IMG/VR virus record: IMGVR_UViG_3300042290_000472
DNA length: 64,000 nucleotides
Direction: 5' to 3' (one strand)
Source of the DNA: an uncultured virus (IMG/VR IMGVR_UViG_3300042290_000472)
Taxonomy: Duplodnaviria > Heunggongvirae > Uroviricota > Caudoviricetes
Within the stretch, counting starts at the first letter, position 1; each line of letters starts with the position of its first letter. A program made the translations under genes and the position numbers. The notes beneath the pieces are model-generated. The model did no database searches and had not been told where the DNA came from. It saw nothing but the letters and a program-made list of their open reading frames with translations. Of this stretch, positions 10,001-19,600 are shown one piece after another.

Positions 10001-13000
10001 TTTTGCCCAGTCGTCGCCGTATTTTTGGAGCAATGCGTCGAGCGCGGGACGTTCGCCAACTTTCAAGTTTGAGTTTACGGAATAGATGCGCGAACGAGGG
10101 ATGTCGTCCAACGTACGGTAGAGGTTGCCTTTTGAGGGGTAGTCTTTAAGCGCCTTGATTTTTTGCAACGACAAAGTGGCTGCGGCTTTCTCTTCTTTAG
10201 GAGTGCGTGCACCGGTTTGCAAGCGGTTCAACATCTCCTGTGCGTTTTTGTTTTTTGTAGGGTCAAGCGACTGCCCCGCGCTTACGCCCTCCAAATAAGC
10301 CGTTACCAGACGTGACTCAAACTTACCCTGCACATACGCAGTGGAAAGAACGTCGTTAGGCGTGCGCAAAAACATTTCATCCAAGGCGCGGTAGTCTTGG
10401 TAGTCTTGCGTACCGTAGCCAGATTCGTTGGCCGCTTTACCAAAAGGCACTGCGTGTTGGTAATACTCTGCGTATTCTTTGTTGGGAGTGGTGTATGGCC
10501 CCACGCCCAGTGACTTCTCCGCCTCAAAGCGGAGATCAAACGCCCCTTCACCAGCTCCTGCGTACTTGGTATTGAAGGCTGTAAACGCGGCATCGCTGCC
10601 GTGCCATGTGCCGCGCAACTCCAATTGGGCTGCGCCATACGCCATGTTGACAAGATCGCCAGTCGTCAGCGTCTTCACATTGATGCCATATTTGGACAGC
10701 GCGTTACGCAACACATCCATCACGGATTTAAGCCAGCTCCGGATCGGGCTGCCGCCTTGCAGAGCATCTGGGTTGACCCCTGCCTTGATTGCTTCTTCCA
10801 CGGCGTAAGCCAACAACTCGTCATCGTACTGGTCGGCGGTTGTCTCGGCAGCTTCTACGCGAGCCACTGCGCGTTTAGCAATCTTTGACTCCAACGAGTT
10901 GTCGTTGCGGTTTGCCCAGCCTTTTACGGCAGATACCAGACGTGCGTACTGCGTTTTGTTGAACAGGTTGCGGAATCCGATGTGCACACCAACTTCGTGC
11001 AGTAATACGCCAAGCGCTTCGCCTTTGCCAATGTTGTCGGCAAACATAAACACTTGCCCGTTCTTCGGGTTTACAAACGCCTTAGCGTCCGCAGGAATGT
11101 CAGCTCCGTCGTAGTCGTACTTGTACGCGGGATCGTTGAACAAGTCGCTGACGGATTGGAAAATCTTGATGCGCTTGCCTGCAACACCGGGATCGCCCAC
11201 AACTTTGTCCAACGCTTTTTCAAGCGCCTCAACGGTTTGCCCGCCATCAGCAGGTGCGCCACGAGAAAACTCAAACTCAAAGTCGTCGTTACCGATCGTG
11301 TCACGACCAGAAAAAGATTTGAAACCGCTTGGCAGACCCACTTCTTCCTGATCGGCAGGAGCCGCAACTTCAGCTTCTTCTTGAACCTTCAGCAAACGTG
11401 CGCGGTCGCGCAGGGCTCCGTTAAGCATCCGCTCGGCGTAACCCAAGTCATCGCGCACTTTTTCTTTGCGTGTAGCGCTTTGAGGTGTCATGTTGGTTGC
11501 AGGGATGCTGTTTAAGTCCAGCAGCTCATTGGACAGGTTGTCGGCTGCAATTTGCAAACGCGCAATGTTGTCTTCTACAGCTTCGATAATCTGGTTCTGC
11601 GTTTCAACTTCTTTGGCAGCAAACTCTGCGTCCAGTGTTTCGGGAGTTTTTGCGTCAGCCAGACGTTGAGCAAAAGCGTTGGCGTCCGCTACAGCCTTTT
11701 CAGATGTGGGCTGCGCAACCGTGCGTGACTCAGTAATTGGGCGACGCGAAACACCGGGCTGCGCCTTGGACTCGGCTGTGCCTGCGCGGAGCTTGGCGGG
11801 GGCACTGGACTCGATCTTGGTGGCCTGCGACACCGCGCCCACTGTTTTGGGTTGCAGCGAGGCGGCAACTTCTTGTTGCTGATTGCGCAGCGAATTGATG
11901 GCTGCTTTCAGGTTGGCTAACTTCGTTGCACGCTCGGCCTGCTTCTCGCCCTCTGCAGGCGCAGGAGCCTTCTCTACGGCAGCCAAGGCGTTCTCAAGCT
12001 GTTCCAAACGATCGTTGACTTTGCCCAATTCTTTGACGCGCTCAACTTCGGCGTCAAACTGCTCTTGCTCAGTGAGGGTGGCCTTCTTTGGACGAGCCTC
12101 GATGCGCTTGTTCAAATCTGCTACGGATTCCGTCAGTGTTTCCACTTCCTTGGCAGCGGCAGCTTTTTCTGCTTTTGTTGCATCCTTGCTGTTGACGATG
12201 CTGCGCTGTGTGCGCAGGCGTGCCTGAGCGGTATCACGCTCTTCTTTCAGTGCGTCGATGTTGGCCAACGTGCGTTTAATGCCCAAGCGGTTTGAACGAC
12301 GCGCCTTCAGTACATCGCGTTCCTTGAGGTACTCTTTCAGGTGTTTGTTGCGGTCAGCTTGTGAAGCCCTGAGCACTTTGAGGCGCTCGCGCATCTTGGC
12401 CAGCTTCTCTGGCGCTGTTTTACCGGCGTCTGCTTTGGCCTTGATGTCGCGGGCCATATCCAGAATAGCGGCATCCGCTTTGACAACAGCAGCTTGCTTG
12501 CCTGCAATGGTCTTGTCCAGCTTATCCATCCGGGCGTCGATGGCTTTTGTAATCTCCTGATAAACCTCGGGGTCGCTGGACATGGCCTGTTCAGCTTTGG
12601 CCAAGGCCACCTGCTTGGTGGCGCGGGTCTTTTCATACTGCGTGATGGAGTCGCGCAAAGACTGGATGCGCTTGTTGTTCTCCTCCATTTTTTTCTTGTG
12701 CTCTTCCATCTTGGCAAAATGTTCTTTGCCCGCCTTGCTGTTCTTGCGTGGGCCACGGAACGACTTAGCCTGATCTTGCAGGTCCAGCATCTCTTCGTGC
12801 ATGAAATGGTCGCGCACTTGCAGCTCTTCAACGCCTTCACGCAAAGCCTCTATGTCTGCGTCTAGTTGAGCAAAGTCTTCGGTGGCCGCATTGACCATCT
12901 GAAACATTTCCTGACGCTTGCTGAAGTCGATGCGCTGACCGGGCAGTGCAGCAAGGCGCTTAGTGCGGCTTTGAAACTCTTCCAACTTTTGCTTGTCTTT

Positions 13001-16000
13001 GGCCAATGCCTCGGCACGGTCAAGCGCTGAGCGGGTATCGGGAGTACCAGCGGCAAGCTGCCCGGCAAAGGTGCGCTCTTCCCCAGCACGGATGATCTGG
13101 TCTTCAATGTTGTCCGCTTGGCGCTGGGTAGCCTGTTGTGCAAGCTGGGCCTTCTCGATCTCGGAGTCCAACAGTGCCAGCTCACCTTCTACGCCGCGCA
13201 GCCCGGCGGTGCCGAGTTCTTTGGCAATGCCAACCTGTTCGCGCAGCGCTTTGACTTCGGGGTGCGTAGAGATGTCCACCTTCAAATCGGCAGCCGCTTT
13301 GTCCAGCTTTTTCTTGAAGTGGAGGACAGAGCGTTTGGCGGCACCAATCTTTTGGCGGTCTTGCATGGCGTCCATTTGCAACTGCAGGTCGTTGTTCAAA
13401 AACGTAACCATGGCCGAAGAGGGCACGTACGGGTTATCCCGCTGCATGTCCATCAAGTCTTCCAGCGCATCAATCTCTTTTTGAAGCCGCTCAACCGTGC
13501 GTGGTTGCGTGACCCGCGCCAGTGATTGTCGTTTTTGCAGGTCCTGCATCTTCTCCTGCATCTCGTACAAGAGTGGGTTGCGCTGGCGCTGCAAAGCGTC
13601 AATCACTTTGCGTTGTGCTTCGTCAATGGCAGGGCGCTTTTCTTCCAGACTGCCCAACTTGTTGCGGGCCTTGCGCAGTTCCGCTTTTGCGGCAACAGTG
13701 GCTTCCGCAGCACGGACCACCTTGTTGTCCATGTACTCAAAGCTGGCAATGTTGTTGGCAATCAGTCGGCTGGTTTCTTCGGAGCGTGCTTCGGCCGCAG
13801 CCAGATTGAGTTCCGCCTGCTCGTACGCCATGCGGATTGAGCCAAGGTCGTCGGCCAGTTGCGTAAGCAAATCGGCAAGTTGAACCTCTGTGTCGGCAAT
13901 AATTTTGTCAGCGGCACGGCGCTCAGACACTTGCACGGTTTGAAGCTCCGACCTGCGTTCTTGCAGCGCGTCAATTTGCTTTTGCGTGTCCGCAATCTTG
14001 GTCTCGTACTCTGTGACTTGTCTGCTTAAACGGGACACCGTCTCACGGGCTAAGCCTTGGTTCTCCCGCGCTTCTTTCAAGTAGTCGCTGGCCAAGTAGC
14101 GGTCAAGCTCTTCAGGCGTATCAAAAATGACGCCCTTTTGAATTGGCGCGTAACGCTCAGCGGCGGAGCCTTGCAGCGGGCCAACGTCTTCGGGAGAGAC
14201 GTACTGCACTTTGCCTTTGACCACACGGGTCTCAGACTGAGGAGCGACGGCTTCTGGCATGAGTTCAGCGCCCAGCTCCAACTGTTTGCTATCGTCAGTT
14301 GCGGCTTTTTCAAGTGTGCTCAACGCACCGCGAATCTCTTCAACGCGAGCCAAATCGGAACGCCCAGTAACAGACACGCGATGCAACCATTCCGCCACCA
14401 TGTTGCGGCGATCAGTGTTAGCGGCAAACGCATTAAAGTTTTCGGCAACCTGTTCCAACAAACGCATAACTTCCGGGGCATAGCGCTCGCGTTGGGCAAA
14501 GACACGATCCATCTGATCGAGCAACATGTCCTTGGAAGTCTGTGTCGGAGTTGGAGTCGCAGCGCCGTATGTGCCACGTTGCGTGCCTGCGCGCCAGCGA
14601 GCGCTCAGATCATCCAAAGCCTGCAACGCAGCATCGGAGTCTTCAGGTTTGTTGAGGATGGCATCAACGTCACTGACAATCTGCGTAATGGTCTCAGGTT
14701 TGAGACGTCCACGCACCAACTGAATTTCTTTGAGCAGGTTACCGACAACCGCTTCACGCCGGTCTTGTTGGCGATTCAGGATGACATCTTGTGCCGCAGC
14801 AGTGCGGGCGTCCGCTGCTTCGCGTCGGGCTTTTTCTTGCTCTGGCAGTGCTGACATGGTGCCTGCGTTTTCTGGCAGGCTGGCATACCAATCTTCAACT
14901 GTCTGGTTGGGGGCACGCTCGGGAGTTCCGGCGGCAATGTACGCACGTACGGCGTCAGTGTCGCCCCCCATTGGGGCTCCCGCTTCAATCTTGGCCTGAC
15001 GTGCTTTCAAATCCTTGATCTGTTCTATGAGGTCAGACACGCGTTCGCGGTTTGCACGTCGGCCTTCACGATCGCTTGGGCGGGTAGCAGAGTCAGGTGC
15101 GCCATAACTCTTGGCCACATCCAGCTGTTTTTCCAAATCAGCAATCTGAGCGTTGATGTCCACCGGAGTCCCGGTTTGGGGCATGTTGACGCGCTGCGCA
15201 GCACCGCCAAACAGCTCACCTTGGGTGACGGTTTGTGTCGGCATCACCGCTTGGCGCTCAGCAAAAGCAATATCGGAATCGGTCACTCCTTGGCGGCGGT
15301 CAACATCCAGCACATCGGACTGCTCCATGAACGCGGCCATGGGGTTTACAGGTTCTGCGCTCACCTGTTGGCCTTGTAGCTCTGTCTGACGTGCTGCCAG
15401 CTCTTCTTTGCTCATTGCCTTGATCTTCTTAGCCACGTCGTTCAGGATCAGGCGGCTTTCGCTGGCAGACAGGCCGGGCAGCGGTGTCTTGGTTTCAATC
15501 ACCAGCAACGCTTTGTACGGGTCTTGCAGCAAGTAGTCCGCATAGTCTTGCGCGGTCGGGTCGTACGTTTGGGTGCGCGCCAGCTCCATACGCTCAGCAG
15601 CGTATGCGACGGGGACAGCCGCAACGCGGGCACGCTCTGCTTCTTCCGCTTCTGCCACGCGGGCACGCTCTGCTTCTTCTGCTTTGCGGCGCTCTTCGCT
15701 TGGCACAATGATTTGCGGATCGTAGTAGCCTTCAAGATCAGGCTCCGCAACCTTTGCGGGTTTGTTGCTGACCGTCTTTGACTGCTCCACCATGTAGTCA
15801 AAGGGGTCCATGCCTGCAACGCGGGCACGCTCCAATGCCTGCTGGTACAGGCCGGACTGCTTTACGCGGGAAACTTCTGAGGCATTTTTGTTTCGAGCAG
15901 CCGCATTAATTTGGAGCTTGGCGTTGATCTCTTTGTTGAACGCTTTGTCCTCGGCTTCGGTAAGAGAGTCCTTGCTGATCTTGCGAATCTGTTGGTCTAA

Positions 16001-17068
16001 CGCAACCTTCTCTTGCTCCAGCGCGGTCTGTTCGTTGACAATTCGCAGCGCGTACTCAGGCGTCTGACGCTCAGCCGCTTCTTTCTCGGCGGCAACACGC
16101 TCTTGCTCGGCGGCTTCTTTGGCTGCCACGTTGCGCTCGTCACGCTCGGCTCGGGCTGCCTGTGTCTTGGCTCCGCTGCGCTCAATGTAGCGACCGGCAG
16201 GGGCGATAGCGCCGCCCAACACCGCACCGCCAATGAAGCTCTCAATGTACTCTTCACGGGCTTCGGGGTCCGCAATGTTCAGGCCTGCCTGCAAACGCTC
16301 AAGCGACTGCTGCACGACTTCGGTGAAACCTTCGCGGCCCATGGCCAGACCCGTCTTGGCGGTGTAGTCTGCAGCGGCCTTGCCCAGCGTCTGGCTGGCG
16401 ATGGCCTTGGCCTGCTCGGTTGTCAGCTTGGAGCCCACGGAGCCAAACAGTTTGCCCACACCGGGTATCAACGCCATGGCGGCGGTGTCGATCAGGGCTT
16501 GGGGGATGGCAGCGCCAAGGGCGGCTGCGCCGCTGGCCTCTTCCAGTGATTTGCCGGTGCCCACTTGACGGGATAGGTTGGAGCCCGTGAACTGCCCTGC
16601 CGACACAGCGCCAGCGCCCAGCAAGCCCGCGCCTATGGCCACCGGGGCCGACACTGGGAGAGCCAGTGCAGCAAGACCTGCAGCTGCAGGGGCAACCATG
16701 GATGGGAGAGACCCGCCAAGGGTTTCTCGGAACTTCAGGCCGAAGTCTTCAGTCCAGCCTTTCTCGGTGGGGGTGAAGCGTTCGCTTGCTTTCTTTTCGG
16801 CAGCTTCGTATTCGCGCTGCGCTTTGGCTTGGTCTTTGAACCCGGCCTTGCCCATGAGCAGTTCGAACTCGCCGCCCAAGCGGGTGAGACCGGCGGATGC
16901 TGCTGCCTTCAACCCGGAGGTGTCTTGCTTGGGCCGCGCTTCTTTTTCTTCTTCAAACCCAAAGGCTTCGGGGTACATGCGCTGAGCACGCTCCCATGTT
17001 TGCGCAGGGGTCTCCCCCTCACGAATTGCTACAGTTGTGCCGTCTGGTAGAGGGAGTGCTTTTGCCAT
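7094..17068 (-). CDS. giant virion-associated polyvalent protein (coiled coils, zincin-like metallopeptidase, ART-like domain, C-terminal LPD38-like domain)
   Basis: 3324 aa; LLHEVGVH plus DELLAY zincin-like motif; WHGS..F..F...GAGEG..GVGPYTT ART-PolyVal-like motif; LKLPIPFEAG / PQIVKPAFEVWSNKNFLTG LPD38-like C-terminus; last gene of the virion operon. Confidence 0.8.
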   Translation of the reverse strand: MAKALPLPDGTTVAIREGETPAQTWERAQRMYPEAFGFEEEKEARPKQDTSGLKAAASAGLTRLGGEFELLMGKAGFKDQAKAQREYEAAEKKASERFTPTEKGWTEDFGLKFRETLGGSLPSMVAPAAAGLAALALPVSAPVAIGAGLLGAGAVSAGQFTGSNLSRQVGTGKSLEEASGAAALGAAIPQALIDTAAMALIPGVGKLFGSVGSKLTTEQAKAIASQTLGKAAADYTAKTGLAMGREGFTEVVQQSLERLQAGLNIADPEAREEYIESFIGGAVLGGAIAPAGRYIERSGAKTQAARAERDERNVAAKEAAEQERVAAEKEAAERQTPEYALRIVNEQTALEQEKVALDQQIRKISKDSLTEAEDKAFNKEINAKLQINAAARNKNASEVSRVKQSGLYQQALERARVAGMDPFDYMVEQSKTVSNKPAKVAEPDLEGYYDPQIIVPSEERRKAEEAERARVAEAEEAERARVAAVPVAYAAERMELARTQTYDPTAQDYADYLLQDPYKALLVIETKTPLPGLSASESRLILNDVAKKIKAMSKEELAARQTELQGQQVSAEPVNPMAAFMEQSDVLDVDRRQGVTDSDIAFAERQAVMPTQTVTQGELFGGAAQRVNMPQTGTPVDINAQIADLEKQLDVAKSYGAPDSATRPSDREGRRANRERVSDLIEQIKDLKARQAKIEAGAPMGGDTDAVRAYIAAGTPERAPNQTVEDWYASLPENAGTMSALPEQEKARREAADARTAAAQDVILNRQQDRREAVVGNLLKEIQLVRGRLKPETITQIVSDVDAILNKPEDSDAALQALDDLSARWRAGTQRGTYGAATPTPTQTSKDMLLDQMDRVFAQRERYAPEVMRLLEQVAENFNAFAANTDRRNMVAEWLHRVSVTGRSDLARVEEIRGALSTLEKAATDDSKQLELGAELMPEAVAPQSETRVVKGKVQYVSPEDVGPLQGSAAERYAPIQKGVIFDTPEELDRYLASDYLKEARENQGLARETVSRLSRQVTEYETKIADTQKQIDALQERRSELQTVQVSERRAADKIIADTEVQLADLLTQLADDLGSIRMAYEQAELNLAAAEARSEETSRLIANNIASFEYMDNKVVRAAEATVAAKAELRKARNKLGSLEEKRPAIDEAQRKVIDALQRQRNPLLYEMQEKMQDLQKRQSLARVTQPRTVERLQKEIDALEDLMDMQRDNPYVPSSAMVTFLNNDLQLQMDAMQDRQKIGAAKRSVLHFKKKLDKAAADLKVDISTHPEVKALREQVGIAKELGTAGLRGVEGELALLDSEIEKAQLAQQATQRQADNIEDQIIRAGEERTFAGQLAAGTPDTRSALDRAEALAKDKQKLEEFQSRTKRLAALPGQRIDFSKRQEMFQMVNAATEDFAQLDADIEALREGVEELQVRDHFMHEEMLDLQDQAKSFRGPRKNSKAGKEHFAKMEEHKKKMEENNKRIQSLRDSITQYEKTRATKQVALAKAEQAMSSDPEVYQEITKAIDARMDKLDKTIAGKQAAVVKADAAILDMARDIKAKADAGKTAPEKLAKMRERLKVLRASQADRNKHLKEYLKERDVLKARRSNRLGIKRTLANIDALKEERDTAQARLRTQRSIVNSKDATKAEKAAAAKEVETLTESVADLNKRIEARPKKATLTEQEQFDAEVERVKELGKVNDRLEQLENALAAVEKAPAPAEGEKQAERATKLANLKAAINSLRNQQQEVAASLQPKTVGAVSQATKIESSAPAKLRAGTAESKAQPGVSRRPITESRTVAQPTSEKAVADANAFAQRLADAKTPETLDAEFAAKEVETQNQIIEAVEDNIARLQIAADNLSNELLDLNSIPATNMTPQSATRKEKVRDDLGYAERMLNGALRDRARLLKVQEEAEVAAPADQEEVGLPSGFKSFSGRDTIGNDDFEFEFSRGAPADGGQTVEALEKALDKVVGDPGVAGKRIKIFQSVSDLFNDPAYKYDYDGADIPADAKAFVNPKNGQVFMFADNIGKGEALGVLLHEVGVHIGFRNLFNKTQYARLVSAVKGWANRNDNSLESKIAKRAVARVEAAETTADQYDDELLAYAVEEAIKAGVNPDALQGGSPIRSWLKSVMDVLRNALSKYGINVKTLTTGDLVNMAYGAAQLELRGTWHGSDAAFTAFNTKYAGAGEGAFDLRFEAEKSLGVGPYTTPNKEYAEYYQHAVPFGKAANESGYGTQDYQDYRALDEMFLRTPNDVLSTAYVQGKFESRLVTAYLEGVSAGQSLDPTKNKNAQEMLNRLQTGARTPKEEKAAATLSLQKIKALKDYPSKGNLYRTLDDIPRSRIYSVNSNLKVGERPALDALLQKYGDDWAKRTAKETGSYPANTVFFSMREKVGIKKTTELLKAAGIDAIEQNNERGKFVERAYIDQAPEILGINLKPVGPAAGKGRPGAGTLLFSRGAPADALESLSKKIIAQPKTLKEKLGSNLALQLEMQGVDMRAGLRDTLKFGDDTLFTQAMYHVRKAEQKMAQMFTVMNSGPLVAYKDSKGLTGYRSSNQNSAREVFDAISDIPVDNPQLKTDLAQTYLVAVRANNKGLPKLDLGAMELKQADLDAALAAAEANPALKSALENVRRKYSAYNKGMIEFLASTQRITKKEAADLLKEGDYVPFYRVDKNGKADLVFNNNVKFNVGDIRRQPYLAELKGGDTKLLPLNEAIQRNTLLLTDMALTNNAAKSVAYGLQALGKGKGPVDPKTGKPSNVMAIKKGFGPDDAKVIRFYQEPDPSDPKDDGKRHIIVDTEGTLAEGIPAELVVQSLEGASLALPGFFKLGGIAADWLRAGVTRTPLYIARKLLREPMAASFTGGLESNAFSSVFKAGAEFLRMSAGSSDAQAKLVEKGLIQSNIFAGDMSDMKKMALQLASGKDQSAWEKVFAAADRYAMRADAATLALVLKNAEASGLSEVEADMATMESMNFYKRGLSPTLQYASRLIPFFNAQIQGLNVLVKAARGNMPFEEQQEIKRKFLNNALLLTFTGVAYAMAMEDDETFRNARPRDKYSNFFMPIPGVDEPLKLPIPFEAGYFFSLAVAAVDSMRAETDGKAQWQAIRDLFLGSIPGYSSAFVPQIVKPAFEVWSNKNFLTGGAVESLRLQGLDTEERYLATTTELAKQMSKAVPLLSPIQIEHIVRGYFGVMPLAAVAAANNLFAREDKGEKPAGRASDLPLVGTAFQKKYGGADADVVFREVDEILQTRNTFNDILKSGRREEAVEYRDKHRVELAMAPAAGQYRQVIGRINEDVRRTQGRNDLTPEEKRLRLDELDKARQGRAEAFIKMQRAIEARQGAD

Positions 17069-17098
17069 GGTGTGCTCAAATTGTGTCGGCTGGAAAGT

Positions 17099-17126
17099 CC
17101 CCCACCAGCGCCGTACTGGATGGGGG
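17099..17126 (-). terminator. GC-rich hairpin (possible attenuator/terminator) before the giant gene
   Basis: Minus strand CCCCCATCCAG-TACGGCG-CTGGTGGGGG followed by only ACTTT. Confidence 0.3.
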
Positions 17127-17134
17127 TTTGTCGA

Positions 17135-19591
17135 TTATGGCCGGGCGGGATTGGCTACGTCAACCGCTGTCGGTGCGCCGTAGAACGCTGCCTGCTGTTT
17201 TCTGAACTGTTCCGACGTGAGTGGTGGCAGTGAAGCTTTGGCGCGGTCGTTGTTTGTCTCCAAGAACAGCTTGAACATTTGTGAGCCTTGCTTGTCTCCC
17301 ATCAGTTCTTTGTACTTGGTCAAACCAGAGGTGAAGCGCTCTTTGTCCGTCTTTCCCTCACCCAGCATCATGAACGTGCGGTTTTCTCCCGTAGGCATCG
17401 CCGCACGTGCATTTGCGCCTGACTGCCGCAACTGCTCAAGACCCATCTGCATCTGAGCTTCAAACACTTTCGTGCCCTTTGCTTCGTTGAGCTTGAACAT
17501 CTCCATGTTGGCGTTGATCATGTCTTTCCGTGCGCCAAGCATTGTTGCGCGTACGGCCATGCGCCCCTTGTGCAGTTCGCGGGCATTCAGCTCCGCGCGG
17601 TTGACTTCAAGGTCTTCCAAACGGTCTTTGGCGTCATTGAGCTTTTCTTGCGCTGCGCGGAACTTGTCCATGCCTTTGGCGTACTCTGCAGACCCCGCTT
17701 TGGCACCCGCAGTCAAACCGCCTAATATGCCGCGAAAACCTTTTCCGGGCGTTTGCGCCATGGCCACACCAAAGTTGATCAGTGCCATGCGGCCTGCTTC
17801 TTCTTTGAGCTTGCCCACTTCTTGTTCACGCGTCCCCATGCGCTCTTTTCTGCCTTTGAAGATGTCCTCAAAGCGTTTGTGAATGGCCTCCAGTCCTGCC
17901 ACATCTGCTTCAGCGGCTTTCACGCTTTCTTTCCCCAGCGCTTCAATTTCTTTTGCCTGCGGGTGCTCCCTTTCTTGCATGCTGTCCATGGCCGATGTGA
18001 ACATTTTGGAGATGTCCATGCTTGGGGCAGCACCTTCGTTTTGGACGAGGTCTGGACGCGCTTTTGCGCTGTCTGCTTTAGCCGGAACTGGGTATTGCCG
18101 CAACAAAGCGGCTTCTTCCGCGTTACGAGGGCTCGGCGTTCTGTAGGGATTCTGAAACGCGGGAGACGCCACTTTGCGCATAGTCGCTTGGTCTGGTGGC
18201 GCAGAAGCCTGTTTGGCATCCCGGGCGAGTTTTACATCCGAAAAAGGCGTGGCGCTGCCTGTGCTTGCGCCTTCTGGTGTCAACTTCGGAGCCAAATATG
18301 CGGCATTGATTCCTGCGGCACGCATTGGGCGAACTGCCACGGTATCGTACGCGCTGGCCAAGCTGCGGGGCACCATGGTTGCAATGTCAGCAATAGCGCG
18401 GCCAGCAGATTCACTGCCGCCACGCAAGGTTTCCAGCAAACTGGCAAGAGCGGCTCGGTCTGCTGCAGCTTGTGGGTCAATACCGCCGCCTACAACCGAA
18501 CCAGACTCACCGTTGTAACGAGGGATGTACCCTCCACCAGCCATCATCTGTGTAGGCTGTTGTGCAGAAGCCATAACCTGCTCTGCGGCGCGGTAGCGCG
18601 TATCGTCCTCGATCCCCGCGTGCTGGCCCATCCGCACGTCACCGATCGGGGCTTCGCTGTGCGAGGGGATGCCTTCGCTCTGGGGCGCTGCTGCAAACAG
18701 CATGGGCGGCATCTCACGTGCTGGGGGCTCAATGAACGACGGCGCAGGGCGCTGAGGTTGTGCCTGCGCAGGCGGCTGTGCCCCGCCCAAAAAGCGTTGC
18801 ATCCTGCGCTTCACATCTTCACCGTACTCAAGCGTAGTTGGTGCGTTGGGGTTTTTTGGATCGCGCACAATTACGCCGCGTTTCAGCTTGGCCATTCCGC
18901 CGGGACCGCCGTAGTAAAACGCTCCGGCCAATACGGGGTCGCCGCCAGCAGCGCGGAAGCCTTGTCGGCCATAGCGAATTCCCGCACGCATGTTGTCAAT
19001 CGGGTTGTTGATGTCCATGCCCGGATCAGCCACCGATTTAAACGTGGAGGGCAGCACCTGCATAGCACCGTGCGCATCTCGATTAGAAGTCTTGGCGGTC
19101 TTCTTGCCACTGGACTCTTGGAAGTGAATGGCCTTTAGGAACGCACGTTCAGCAGGGTTCGTTATTTTTTCTTGATCCAACGCGCTGTCAAACATCGACA
19201 TGCCGTCGCCGTAGATGTTTGCTCTACCGCCCTTGGCCATCATCTGCACAGGTTCTTGGTCGTCGTAGCCAACAATGCCACCGTCTGCCATGCCTTGCAT
19301 GTTTCGGGCAGGCAGGGCACCAATACCTTGCTGTTCAGGTAATCCGCCATAGCCTTGCTCTTCGGGTGACGAAGCCATGTTTGCAATGGCCACATCGGCC
19401 ACTTTTGGCTGCGGCTGTCCCGCACCTCGCATCTGGCCCGAAGCACGAAGCTCTTTGCGACGGTTTGCTTCGGCCACTGCGAGCGAGAGCACGTACGGGT
19501 TGCTCTTGTGCATTGAGGCATAGCTCTGCAGCGCGTTGTCTGCCAGCTTGGACAGCATGGATGTGAGTTTGTTGACGTTGAGTCCGAGCAT
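17135..19591 (-). CDS. internal virion/ejection protein with lytic transglycosylase (SLT) domain
   Basis: AIHFQESSG, AHGAMQVLPSTF, NMRAGIRY and AFYYGGPG match SLT motifs; coiled-coil C-terminal half. Confidence 0.85.
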   Translation of the reverse strand: MLGLNVNKLTSMLSKLADNALQSYASMHKSNPYVLSLAVAEANRRKELRASGQMRGAGQPQPKVADVAIANMASSPEEQGYGGLPEQQGIGALPARNMQGMADGGIVGYDDQEPVQMMAKGGRANIYGDGMSMFDSALDQEKITNPAERAFLKAIHFQESSGKKTAKTSNRDAHGAMQVLPSTFKSVADPGMDINNPIDNMRAGIRYGRQGFRAAGGDPVLAGAFYYGGPGGMAKLKRGVIVRDPKNPNAPTTLEYGEDVKRRMQRFLGGAQPPAQAQPQRPAPSFIEPPAREMPPMLFAAAPQSEGIPSHSEAPIGDVRMGQHAGIEDDTRYRAAEQVMASAQQPTQMMAGGGYIPRYNGESGSVVGGGIDPQAAADRAALASLLETLRGGSESAGRAIADIATMVPRSLASAYDTVAVRPMRAAGINAAYLAPKLTPEGASTGSATPFSDVKLARDAKQASAPPDQATMRKVASPAFQNPYRTPSPRNAEEAALLRQYPVPAKADSAKARPDLVQNEGAAPSMDISKMFTSAMDSMQEREHPQAKEIEALGKESVKAAEADVAGLEAIHKRFEDIFKGRKERMGTREQEVGKLKEEAGRMALINFGVAMAQTPGKGFRGILGGLTAGAKAGSAEYAKGMDKFRAAQEKLNDAKDRLEDLEVNRAELNARELHKGRMAVRATMLGARKDMINANMEMFKLNEAKGTKVFEAQMQMGLEQLRQSGANARAAMPTGENRTFMMLGEGKTDKERFTSGLTKYKELMGDKQGSQMFKLFLETNNDRAKASLPPLTSEQFRKQQAAFYGAPTAVDVANPARP

Positions 19592-19600
19592 GTTGATTCC

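Noticed and set aside
15200..15230. QGELF in the giant protein as a beta-clamp-binding motif
   Set aside because: A single short degenerate match in 3324 aa could be chance
7094..17068. Giant protein as an N4-like virion RNA polymerase using the hairpins as promoters
   Set aside because: Size is similar but I found no RNA polymerase catalytic motifs; recognisable parts are coiled coil, zincin, ART-like and LPD38-like. A profile search is needed to exclude it fully
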